NCBI GenBank assembly: GCA_028023455.1
Contig: JAQFVV010000006.1
Span: forward strand, 13,206,001-13,270,000
DNA from: Epiperipatus broadwayi
Taxonomy: Eukaryota > Animalia > Onychophora
DNA: 64,000 bases
Direction of reading: 5' to 3'
This document shows positions 36,251 to 48,610 of this stretch, piece by piece. Under the pieces are notes generated by a model. The model saw nothing but the letters and a program-made list of their open reading frames with translations, had not been told where the DNA came from and searched no databases. Numbering within the stretch: position 1 is the stretch's first letter; each line of letters opens with the position of its first letter. Made by a program: the position numbers and the translations under genes.

Positions 36251-39049
36251 AGATTCAATTTCCTGAAGTTGTAAATAATTGATCTTCCTCAATAAGATGA
36301 TTTAAAAATACGATTTGTGTTACTAACATTTAGTATCTAATGTTTACTCAAGCTTAACAATAAATAGCTCTTGGGTAAAATGGTGAAAAGAAAACAAAAG
36401 ATCTTTATGATAAGAGAATAGGTTATGGGAACCAGCAAAGTAGCTTTTGTTTAATTGACATAAAGCAAAAAAAAATTATTACAATGCCACAAAGATAATT
36501 TGGGTAATTACATACTGGAATGAAGTAACAGAAGGAAAGACCAAATGAGTTTGTAGTGGTATACAATGGTTTTAGAGAGATATATTTAGCTTGGCTGACA
36601 CAGCTTTTACCTTCTGGCTTATACAGAGAAGTTTCTAATTTTGTCTAAGAGGTCATTGAACACTTCCATATCAGGAATCACTGTTTTAATACATATTCCT
36701 AGAAGAAGTGATATTTGAAAGTTGACTGAACTTGAATCACAAAAGTTTATAAAAGACCTAGAAGGTGACTGTGTGAAAGATGGATGGATGAAAATATGGA
36801 TCAGAAAAACTGGAATAAACTGGAAAGATCTTTATTCTACAACAATGAATCATAATGGTTAAAAATGATGATAAACATGATGAATGCATTGCTTTTATGC
36901 ATCTCTTGCATAAAACAAATTAAAACACAACATTATTCATCATAGTGAAATAATAAATATATTTAAATTAAGTATACAGATTATCTAATTTACTGAAGTA
37001 AGAACTTCCATAAAATTCTGAAATAGGTGTAGGTAAGATCATACAATTGGTCAATATGTTCTTCAACTTCCTGGATGAGATATTATTGACTACTATTGTA
37101 AAATCATATTTTTGCTGAGTTAGATATATTAAATTCTTAAATGAATGACAATGCAGCACTTCTAAAAAACAGTATTTTGTGGGAAACATGAGCATGGTTT
37201 CCATGGACATTATCTGAAAATCATTTTAAAGAAGTGCATTATTGATTGCTTTGATTTGGGAAGATGTGGTAGAGAGTAGAATATACTGGAGAGCTATAAT
37301 CAGAAAGAACAACTTAACTGCAGAAGAAGTTAGAGGATAGCGTTGAAAACTGTCAAATAAACAGGAAAAAATGGCCAACATCTTACATATATATTTCATG
37401 GATTAGTTTGCATAGATATCACAAAATTCACCTCTATTATTATTTTTTGTCTTTATTTCTTGTAGTTGGAATAGCTATGCTCATTTGGAAGTAACTAACG
37501 ATGATAAATGCATTTCAAAAACAGATCTCTAACCCAGGATCATCTATTACTCAGGTAGTGGTTGGCATTATCATCAGCACTATTTTCAAATATTATCAAT
37601 CCACTGCCAAGATGAAAGTATCTCCAAGTTTGATCCACTTTCTCTAACCCCTAACATTTCTTTTAGAAAACTTCCTTATCAATCTAACTCAGTCTTTTCC
37701 AATCTCTTAAGATCCCATTTGAAACTTCAATATCTAAATATTATCTCTTCCCATTTATAACTTATATATATAAAATTCCCAAAATAATTTCCTAAAAACA
37801 CTTTTGTGTACATTTATTTAATGTAGTCAGATACGATTTTCTTTTTAACTTTTTCTGATAAAATCCTATTTTCTTCTATTTCAAGGCATTCTATCTTTAT
37901 AAAGTGACAAGTTTTATCTTCTAAAGGCCGGACTGAGTAATGTACACCTGAACTGTTATAATGATTTTTCAAGTGACAGCCACAAGTTGAGTTTGTTTCT
38001 CGTGACTGATGGATGAGCCAAAGAAGAGACGAGGAGTATTAACAACCCACCACTGAGAATATGAAGTCCTAAAATACAAAAGAGTGAAAGAGGAAAAAAA
38101 TATAGTTAAAATTCAACAATTACAAACAAAAAAACGCGCAAGTCGTGAGATCGTAAATCGATACATATTTATTTATCAAATTCAACTTAAGAACAAATTT
38201 GAAATAATTTAAAAGCCTTTAATTTATAAATAGTAAGGTAATTTAAAACTGACGTAAAGATCAACCTAGCCGCCGAATAACTCGCTATTTAATTATTATT
38301 GTTACATTTTAATTTACAAGTGTCAAACTTACTCCACCCACAACTTTGACCCACTCCACCCTAGATAAATAGAATAATGATTAACACTAATTATTTATCA
38401 AACTAGAGATTATCTCTAACCCAGATATAAATTTTAAACGTTAGTTTAAAATTAATATACGTCAGTTTTTTTAATTAACCACACATGCATGGAAGTATTC
38501 AACTTAATTTCTCATTTTCCATGTGTAATAACTTTTATAGACGTACTTAATCTCCACACAATCACATTCATTTTAAAACATATGTATAAAGACATATTAA
38601 AAACAAATATTATTATTATATTTTTCGCTTTTTTCTGTGGGTTCAGCAACTGCTTAAGGTAAAATAATTGACTTAAATGCGATAATTTATTAAGATTCCG
38701 TCTTAAAACGTAACAGTTATAATTAATTACATTTTAGCATTTTCCAGCGTCATTTTTATCTAGTGTTTTAAAAAGCACACATTCCACCTGCTCCGGAAAA
38801 ACAGACTAAAATGTTGCTGGAAAATGTAACCATTAAGATAAGATACACAAACAAAATAAAGTTTAAAATGATTTGAGAATTTTATCCTTTAATCTCATGT
38901 TTAATAAAATAATCTGTGTTATATGTTGTGACAAAATGCAGTTTGAAGTAAATATTTAAAAAAAAATAAAGTTAAACCAATATTTATGCACCGCAGTGCA
39001 AAGCAAAGGTGAGCTCTCCAACAGCCCCTCAGAAACGTGAAGAAGTAAG

Positions 39050-39310
39050 ATATTACTCACTAGACTTGACAATTTTTGGGTGGTCAAGGTCTAAAGGGTT
39101 TTCCATTCTTCTTGTGCCATCTAACTAAAAATAACTAGATATCAATATACCAACCAATGATGGATGGATAATTGGATCATCCATTGACTTGATATCATAA
39201 AAATAAATATTCCAAATGTGGAACCTGAAAGAAATTTAAGTTTTACCTGATCATAGATTCAAACCTGGTTGTGTGTATAGTCTGAAAAGGTGCTGCCCTT
39301 ATAATACAAA
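39050..39310 (-). mobile_element. Decayed tRNA-derived SINE family F (also ~47255-47480 minus and ~57660-57900 plus), with a Meta-like central domain
   Basis: Shared TTCTTTCAGG...CCATCC..TTGGT...GTGAGTA blocks, B-box-like GGTTTGAATC upstream; the CTTAGC..CCATCC..GGTCAGTAAAT block resembles the MetaSINE domain as I recall it. Confidence 0.45.
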
Positions 39311-40229
39311 GACCTTCAACAAAATACTTTGGATACTACATTAAAAATTACCTTATAGCTTAACAATATAATAATTCCTGTGCAAAGAGACTCTTGAGGA
39401 TTGTAATCCATGTGCAGCCAATTATCCTTAATCTGAGGATTAAATATAGGGCAAACAAATAAAAAATTTCCAGGTAAACAATAGTTGTCCCCCCCCCCTG
39501 CTAACACAGAAAGCAGTCCAAGATTGGTTAAAGGTAAGGATAAAACAAGGCCCAACAATTATGACTCCTACCTCAGTTATAAATGATTGTCTATAATCCA
39601 CATACTCAGATTCTCATTAAACAGAATTAACTAGCGACTGCTTTTAAATGAAGGATCTTATGGTCCCAAAAAAGTATATTTACTTGCCATATCTAAAGAT
39701 TTGGAGTTCAAGTCAAGGTGAATAAAATTATTTTCAAAAAGCTTGTATTTTCTTCAAGCAGCTAATCCATAGAGAATCCAGCTGACTATCTAATATTGGT
39801 CGGCAAAAGGGTCTCTAGCTATTCTCATCTAGAGTAAAGAATAAAAAATTATCAAACCTTTACTAGCTAGTAATTTTCATCTGGTGAGTAATGCTTTTTT
39901 CTTCACTGACTCTTTACAAGGAACTGTTAGAGGGACTTTTGACCTACAATGGGTTTTTATATATATATAAAAGTTGTTTACCTTTTATTGTTCTTAAAAG
40001 CATATTAAATGTAAACAAAGGAAGTCATGTGATATTTTATTTTTTATTTAGCAAAAACAAAAGTCACTTTTTCCTATTTCATGACAACTGATTTGGATAT
40101 ATTTTTCCCTCCAGCTCACTCTTTAAAATTGTTATATATATATCAGATTATTTTCAAGTTATCAAAATATTTTGGGTTTTCAAAATAAAATATGTGAGTT
40201 ATATTTTAGCCTTGATTCTTTTTGATTTA

Positions 40230-40900
40230 TTAATTTGCTTTTTCAGTACTTATCATTGATAATTCTAAAATTTCATTTTTCAAAAATTTTACTCCTTTAA
40301 TTATCCAGTTTTGATAATATCGATTTAAATTGCCACAATTTGATTTATAAATGTCGAATTTCCTGCACTCTCGGTTTGTCCCCATCCACTTTAAATAAAA
40401 TATGCTGGATTCATATGGGATCCGCCTTCACATTTCACCATTGGTAAATAGGTTGATCGATAATTCCAAAGACAAACTTTTCTATCAAACATACTCCACA
40501 CTGTTTACAGGATTGCATGCACTCAAACCAGCTGCGATGCGATCTGTTTTGGAGAATCCCGCGCCAGCCTAGCAATAAAATTCTCTCAATATTAATACCT
40601 TTACAGAAGAGATGAATGAAATCTAGACCAAAAATTCATATTTCTGGAATATCAAAACAATCTTGACTATACATTTGAACCTACATCAGCCAGTATGCAT
40701 CGAGAGAAATCATTCCAAGCGCAAAATTAAAAAAAAACACGACACATTGCTAATAATCCTAACTCTCTCCCTCTCAAAAAAAGTGGCCAGTTTAATTCAT
40801 GCAAATTTACATCATAATTATACTTATCATCCTCCTTTCCACCAGTCATTTCTATGAATATGATATCTGACCAAGATATTAAAAGCGGCTTAGCATACGA
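40230..40900 (+). mobile_element. Penelope-like element remnant (GIY-YIG) ending in an HHR variant
   Basis: VNRLIDNSKDKL (cf. 26464 ORF), VYRIACTQTSCDAICFGESRASL, IERNHSKRKIK. Confidence 0.75.
40851..40894 (+). ncRNA. Decayed non-canonical hammerhead (A3:U8 core)
   Basis: TCT-ATGAATA-T-GATATCT(GACCA)AGATATT-AAAA-GCGGC-TT-AGC: 7-bp stem II, G12 mutated to A. Confidence 0.6.
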
Positions 40901-41619
40901 CTATAACAAACATTGAATCTTAAGCTTTTCTTATAATTTAACGGAATTACAATTTATCTAAGAAAACTTAACAACAAATGCATAATTTTTTAATTATTCA
41001 CAAAGAAAAGAGTATGATTGAATCATTTTCGTATTTGTTTTTTCTAATATATATATTGCAAGGGAACTAAATGTAATTGTTATACTTTTCAAATTCATTC
41101 TTTGTTCTGGTTTATGTAAATATATAATTTTATTTTTATTTAATTTGACTTCTTTTTTTGTTGTTGTTGTTAAAATTATAAAACTTATCTATCAAGTAGA
41201 TTATGGTAAACTCATTTTGGCTACATGCACACATATTAGAACCCTGATATGTAATTTTTTACAGATATTAAGTGGAGAGAGGTAATATATAGCCATGACA
41301 GAGTATTTAATTTAACCAGGTCCAGAACTAGATTTCATAATCACATACATTGAACATGCGCGTATTTTAAGGAAATACATCTTAATATTTACATAGAAGA
41401 TTTTATACACTTATGGAATACTTATACCATAAATATATTTGATGTGAATTTTATAATTTATTATTATTTTGCTAAATTCGAACTCATACATTGTGAATGT
41501 AATAAATATTTAACTAAATTGAATGCAGATTGGATGTAATAAAATGTACCCTTTGTCTCCACGCCATATCAATGTTTGTGTCCATATATATATATATATG
41601 TCATGCATGTATACCTTTC

Positions 41620-42060
41620 GCTCTCTTGACTGTATCTTCTCTGCTTTCTATCATTACAATATACCTATGGGTCTGAGACATGAACACTTAACAGAAGAGC
41701 AATACGAAGACTTCATACTACTCAAAGAAGTATGGAGAGATGCATGTTAGGAGTAACAATAAGAAATAAAAAATAAAAAAACATGGGCATGAGTGTAAAT
41801 GTTTTTGAAAAATTAAAAGACTGAAGTTGTAAGTTAGGCTAGACATATTGCTAGATGAGATGATAATAGATGTACAGTTGAAATCTTAAACTGGATTCCA
41901 AGAGATGATAAATACCTAGAAAGCGACCACATGTGAGATGTATGGATAAAATAAGGAAGGATGCTGGGGTGATGTGGATAGGAGAGACTAGATAACAGAG
42001 AAGATTCATCCTGCAGTGGATTGATAATGGTTGATGTTGATGATATATGATATAATGAAT
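41620..42060 (+). mobile_element. RTE LINE 3' remnant
   Basis: TYGSET..LNRRAIRRLHTTQRSMERCMLGVTI...; ends TTCATCCTGCAGTGGATTGATAATGGTTGATG. Confidence 0.85.
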
Positions 42061-42689
42061 TGATATCAATTTTCAGTGCAATCTATATTATTTTATTATC
42101 ATTCATAATCTGACTAAAAAAATTTAAACCAATTTCTGCAGGTCATATATTTCAGGCTATCACTCCATTCAACTGCCTTGAGAGGTTACCAAAACCCATA
42201 CCAATATAACAACTTCATTCTTAGTTTAATACCACCACAACAATCTATTTGATAATGTTTGAATAAGAAAGCCTATTTATAATGAACCATGTTCATGGGT
42301 AGTTTGATGAAATCATGTACTGATAGTCTCTGGATTTGAAGATCCATGGATTGAGCAGCCCTATCATTTTCAGCACACAAACTTTTAATAAACAACCAAG
42401 CCATAAACCATTTGATTATGTATATTATGCAATGGCTCATTAACACATACTGCAGAATTACACATCACCATTTTTCAAAATAATCTTGCATAATTAAATC
42501 AATATCTAAATATGTAATAAACAATACAAATACTTTATAATGAATTTCAATTTTTATTACTAAATTTTCCGTTTTAAATAAATTTGGGTATAACTTTTTT
42601 GAGAACATAAACAAAAAAGCTTTAATTCTAGCACGGGTGCGACGCAACTGTTCCCAAAAGCTATAAAGTGTTAATATAAAATAGATAAT

Positions 42690-42960
42690 ATAGGCGGGAT
42701 TCGAACTCAGACTTTCACACGACCCACTACTCTCAGTGCCATCTCATATTGCTGACCTACCTGATCACACACATGTTGAAATGATAAATAATCACCAATA
42801 TATGTATTTCATGCTAAACCAGCAATCATCAGTTGGTCTAGATTACTATCATCACACATATATATAATCAGTTCTCAGCTTTATATTAAGATAGTCAATC
42901 TTCATACTTTAATGGACAGGCTTCAAACTATTTTATCTCACAACTCTTCAGCCTACGCCT
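42690..42960 (-). mobile_element. Family A1 copy with intact HHR core (42790-42845) and clearest Pol III-type boxes
   Basis: CCAA-CTGATGA-TTGCTG(GTT)TAGCAT-GAAA-TACATAT-A-TTGG, then TGATCAGGTAGG and GAGTTCGAATCCC. Confidence 0.85.
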
Positions 42961-43002
42961 ATATTACATATATAAATGCAGGTTTAAGCCTGTACAATGT
43001 AT

Positions 43003-43217
43003 TAAAATAGATAACTAAAACAAACGAGCTGAGCGCTTTCAAAGGATCTTGCCTTCATAATCATAGCTTGCTACTAGTTTAATTATATGCAAATATGCTA
43101 ATTCCATTTCTTCGATAAAGCATATTTGCATATCATTAAACGTATTAGCAAGCTATGATTATGAAGGCAAGATCCTTTGAAAGCGCTCAGCTCGTTTGTT
43201 TTTAGTTATCTATTTTA
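43003..43217. ncRNA. 215-bp near-perfect hairpin made of two opposed intact A3:U8 hammerhead variants (43027-43068 minus, 43151-43192 plus)
   Basis: AGCT-ATGATTA-T-GAAGG(CAAGAT)CCTTT-GAAA-GCGC-TC/AGCT; arms 43003-43099 and 43119-43217; 19-nt loop. Confidence 0.8.
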
Positions 43218-44685
43218 TATTGAAACAGTAAGGTCTGCTTTGCAGATCTTCGTTTCACCTTTTCTCACCTACTTCCTACCCTCATACCTTAGTTTGAACC
43301 CCAATCTATTGTAGTGTGTCTGCAATACACTTATATACCGAAAATCCCACCTAATTTTAAACCACGAGCACAATGCTCGTATTGTATATATAACTTATTC
43401 CCAAATAAAATAAAATATTATGAATTATGTATTTGTTCACATAATTTACATTTATTTAAAAGTAGGTTATATAAGTTGTAATTGCGCACACACTATGATA
43501 TATGCATTTTAAAACATATCAAAATTATAAATTGTTAAGTTATTTTGTTTGAATCTATTTACAAATATATTACTGTCATAATATAGTTTGATTTAAAATA
43601 AAATTCATTTAGTAAATATTCGTTTAGTAAATGGATTCAAATATTGCAATTTAAAAAGTAAAATCATTTTCTTTAATTTAATAAAAGTTATTCCAAATAT
43701 TTCTGTTTAAATAAATCAGGGACAATAGTTTAATTAGTTAATATTATATAAGTTTATCTAAAAACAGCAGATGTCCACTTAAGGTTTTCTTTAATTAGTA
43801 AAAGTAATTTTTAATTAAATCTAGTTTGTAATTCGAATGTCATCAGGGAAATTAACAAAAGAAATTAATTAATGTTGAATTCCTTTAGACATTCGGATGG
43901 ATTTAATTACAGCTGATAAGTCCGATATATTTTTGTAATGCTCCAGGGCAGTTCTATTGTTAAATTCTATTATAAAAAGGAGGATTTTCTTTTTTTTTAT
44001 TCTAATGTTTCTAAGAGAAATCATTCTGAGTTCTATTCTAATAATTTGCTAACCTTGACATGACAGAGTAGAGGCGTTAAGATGGCTATGTCCCCTCGAA
44101 ATAGCCGGCCGCTGCTCCAGACCATCGGAAGCTATCACATAAGGAACCCCGGAACTGCTGCTGCTGCCAAAAATGTGAACATTTCCAGATTTTGCTGTTA
44201 AATTATATAAAAACCTGCTGACCATCAATCTACCTAAAATGCTTCTCCAGAGGTAACCCTAAATTAACCCAAGAGCTCTTGTGATAACTAACATGCTATA
44301 GCTATTTAAAATTGTATTTCTTATATTTCACATAACTTCATTATGTATTTCTTTAATGTGTTTAAATATACTCAACATTTTGCTCTCTATCCTTGGGTTA
44401 ATATTTTCTATTTATTAAGCTTTCTGTTATTTTATTATGATAATGTGTCAGAATTGTCTTTGACCGAGTGAATTATTCCCTTTGTTGAAAATAAGACGCC
44501 GCTATGAAGGCATATTTTAAATTTCTAAATAATTTCCAATTTTATTATCTTGCAAATCACTCATTCGAGGGCGATTCTTTTCTTTAATATATAATATAAT
44601 CACATAGTTTAAAATCTACATGTTATTGATTTTAATCTAATATGAGAGTATGTGTGAGGTCAATGATTAAATGTGTCCCCTAATG

Positions 44686-45864
44686 CAGTGGTCTTCAACC
44701 TTTTCACCCCTGCGGCCCGGTAAAAATAAGGATAAGATTTCGCGGACCGGCAGAAGTTTACAGATAAATTTTCTTAAAGATGTAACCTGCTTAGCCTTAC
44801 ATAAGCATAATTGTTATAACTGACCAAAACAGCACACTAGTTAATGTGTATAGTAATGGTGTTGCTTACCTTCACATGTTGAACACTCTTTCTCGAGTTG
44901 CTGCAGTCATACTGCTACAGATAACATACAATAACAATCGTTCTCATTAATGTGCTTGCATTTTACGTTTATTATTTCATTGTTAAAATATGCAAGAATA
45001 AAATGTTATTCACCTGAATGTTGAAAAAGTCAAACGTTTTGATTTTATTTTATTTTTTTTTGGGGGGAGGGGGGTTGAAAAATACTTTGTCATCAACTGA
45101 GACAAAAGATAGACACCAAAGTTATTTTTTTGTTTGTTTTTATTTTTAAAAAAAGGTAACAGAAATTGGTTTTAAAAATAAAAGTTTTAGTATTTTAGCA
45201 GTATACAAATAAAGCCAAAAAAAATATTGCCTTATAGGCCAAAAAAAAGTGGGCGTATTTTTAAACAAAAAAAAAAGAAAACGAAGCTTGAAAAAGTCAA
45301 AAGTTTTGATCTTACTTTATTTTGGAGTGGTAGGGATATATTGAGAAATACATTGTAAATGTTAGAGACAGAACTTATTTTTTGGTTTTTATTTTTAAAA
45401 AAAGGTAATAAAAATTGATTTTCAAAATAAAACTTAAAGCCAAAAAAAAAACCACTAAAAATGAAATATTAAAAGAGAGAGTAGAAAAAATTTAAGAGAT
45501 CAAAAAAAGTCACGTTACATTTTATTGTTTTAACAATGCTGACAAGCAGCCGTGATTGGCTATCAAAAGACAACCGGAATTTGTAAAATAAAAAACTTTT
45601 TCTCCCCCCCCCCCCCATAAACATCTGTGATAAATAGAAAAACAAATTAATTTATGTATGATTAATTAGATTTTGTTTTTGTTCTGTTTTTTTTTAATCG
45701 GGAAAAAATGCGATGAAAAAATAAATAAAAATTGTTCATATTAATTAAAAGATTAAAATCGTATTATTTTGTTATTAGAAACTTTCTTACCAGTTTAGCT
45801 GCGGACCAGCAAAAAACTTCTGTGGCCCGGTACCAGTCCACGGCCCGGTGGTTGAAGACCACTG
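44686..45864. mobile_element. Non-autonomous hAT element (1179 bp)
   Basis: Perfect 15-bp TIR CAGTGGTCTTCAACC / GGTTGAAGACCACTG; perfect 8-bp TSD CCCTAATG (44678-44685, 45865-45872); subterminal GCGGCCCGG/GCGGACC motifs. Confidence 0.95.
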
Positions 45865-48610
45865 CCCTAATGCATGATTGCGTATATAAATCTATACTTA
45901 CTTTTCAAACCCGCAAGCATGCATTTTCCTATTTTAATTACCGTGTTCTACTTTAATTACAAAGTTCATCATTGATGTCGAGAATGTGCGGACCCTTTTA
46001 AATGAATTTCTGGGAATTTGATTGGGCATTTCTCTTAATCCAAGTAAAACCCATTCAGTATGTTTTGTATACACTAGTCTTGTATTGCTGGTAAATGAAT
46101 TGGTGTTGAGATCGCTTTGTTTTAATTTTTCAAGGACTCTTTTCGCTATTGCAGTTTCCAGGCAGAGTGTGTTCACAAATGACACACCTGGGAATTAAAC
46201 GCAATCGTCACCCAGTCGCTAAGTTTCGGCTGTTCATCAAAATACTTTCCTATGGGTTAGCGGCGAGATGCCCTCCATAATTATTCCGGATCTTCAATAT
46301 TGTTTTATTTTATATTTATTTTACAAAGCATCCGTGACTTAAACGTGTCACACCCTCCAACTTTAATAAATTCATTATCAGCAATACTGACCTCCCAATG
46401 TAACTTTATTATTATTATTCTCAAATAAATGCTTTGATCATGTTCCCACTTTGTTGCTTAGTAAGCTTTTGTCCGTGCTATTCTCGAAATCAATAAATAT
46501 TTTATAACACTTAATTTCAAATATTTTCTTAAACTTGTATAATTACTCAAAGCACCTCGCACATGTTCCTATCTCGTCAAGCACATTATCATAATGCTAT
46601 TAGCCCGAGGAATAGAATATATCACTTTGCTTTAAAACTTTTTGTCATTTATTGAAATATAATGCCAACAATTATTTAAAACGCGTCCCTGTCTCATATA
46701 AGCAGACAGTGATGTTATATATATAATTTATATGAATAAATTTTGTGAAATTATTTAAAACTAAATTTGATGTCTTATTTTATTTGATTCCTATCACTGT
46801 CTCGGTCTATATATATATTTTCTGCATTTCTTTTGTAAATCCATAGACGTTAATTAGCCACCCAAGCTTCTTTTAGAATAGAGTCTTTTGTTTCTCCCTG
46901 ACCACCAGGCACCGGTCAAAGGTTATACTAGTAGTGGCATCAGATGCGTTATCACATAGATGGCTCTGTGAAATTTGGACTTTAGATTCGAACTTAGTAT
47001 ATCTAGAAGGCAACCCCTCCTAGAATGTTCAGTTTCGTGTCTGGGGTTTGAATTCTGCAGTGTGTTAGCGAGATAGATGATTCTGACTGTTACAATATTA
47101 ACACTTTATAGCTTTTGAGAACAGTTGCATCGCACACGCACACGTGCTAGAATATATATATTTCCCAAAAGTAAAAAAAAATATTTGACTAAAAAAACTT
47201 TTAAGTATATAAAAAGATGAGTAAAACAGCCTTTTCTATGCCCCTCATAAAGGAATCATACTCACCAAGCTGGCTGTTAATAGTGTGAGCAATTTTCCTC
47301 CATCCTTCTTTTATCTTCTAGCTAAATACAGTTAAATACCAATTTACTGACCAAGATTGGATGGTTAGCTAAGTTTTTATAATCTGGCTACCTGAAAGAA
47401 AAATGTTAAGTTTCAGGTTGGATGTGAAATTGGTTTTTAAATTCTAATAAGTTTAGGCCTGATTGAATTTGAGCCCATATTGTGTGAAAGAAAGATGAAC
47501 CAACTATCATTACGTCAATGAGATTTTTTAAAATACGTACAATCACAAAATTTCAATGAGATTATTTTAAGGCCACCTTTGTAGGTTTATGACATCTCTC
47601 TCCTGTTGTAAGGCTATCATATTATAACCTTATTTTGTTTATACAATTAATATTATGATTGCTTATTTGACTAACCTAAATTAATCAGAAATCAATCTTT
47701 ACTCTCTAGTTAATAATGGCTAAATATCCATTTGCTGACCAATACTGAATAGTTAGGTGGATTTAGTTGTCTAATCCTATTCTTGGCCAAAATTATTTTT
47801 TTTCTTTCAATTTCACGATATGGATTAATATTTCAGATAATGGACATGGGTTAACCATTGTATCCTAAGCCTTTTAACACTTAAAAATTTATCAAACTAC
47901 TTTTGATTACTTAATTTTAAATTCTTTCTCTCGATGCTCCCCTCCCCCTCCATTGGACTAACTTCTGCTTAGGCAAAATTAAACCATTTGATTTATAATC
48001 AGTCAATTTCTTTTTGAAAGCTGGATACTGAACAAAACTTAATTTGAACCTAGTATTTGTTGTCTTATTTAAGTCATTTTTACGATTAATTTAGTTAAAT
48101 TGATAGCAAGTGCTATTTTTTTCCAGACATTTCATTGGCTGGCTGAAAACGTCATCACAAGAACATAAATTAATATTTTCCCATAGTAACCAAATGTGAA
48201 TTGGAAATCAGGAAAGAATATGCAATTCCTCTTTTTTAAAAAAAAAACTAAAACAGATATTATAAATATCATTCATCAGCCAAAGATATAAGTAAGCTTA
48301 ATTTCATATACGTTTGTAAGCAAATTTTATGCTAAACATCGACCCTATTCATTACCAAAAGCTAACCTAAGCTTAACTATTAATACACACGTGCAGAGTA
48401 TGCATTAACAGCTGAGCCAAAATGATAAACCAGACCACTAAATCTCAATATTTTAAAACTACTAAATTTTTAAGAATATTATAATTTTAAGGGACTAGAT
48501 AATATTGTTGTTGTTTTTTTTCTCATTTATACAAACATTATATGGGCAATGACTTTGACAATAAGCATTAAAGGATTGTGAGTGCTATCAGGAGTCGCCA
48601 TTGTCTAAGG

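Noticed and set aside
39061-39124. Apparent exon (AG...GTGAGT) encoding LDGTRRMENPLDLDHPKIVKS, and a similar one at 47266-47321
   Set aside because: Both lie in the same dispersed SINE-like family F, have stops in alternative homologous frames, and imply introns of only ~30 nt.
42620-42650. Helitron-like 3' end (GC-rich block plus CTAG)
   Set aside because: No proper hairpin and no 5' TC end or Rep/helicase remnant identified.
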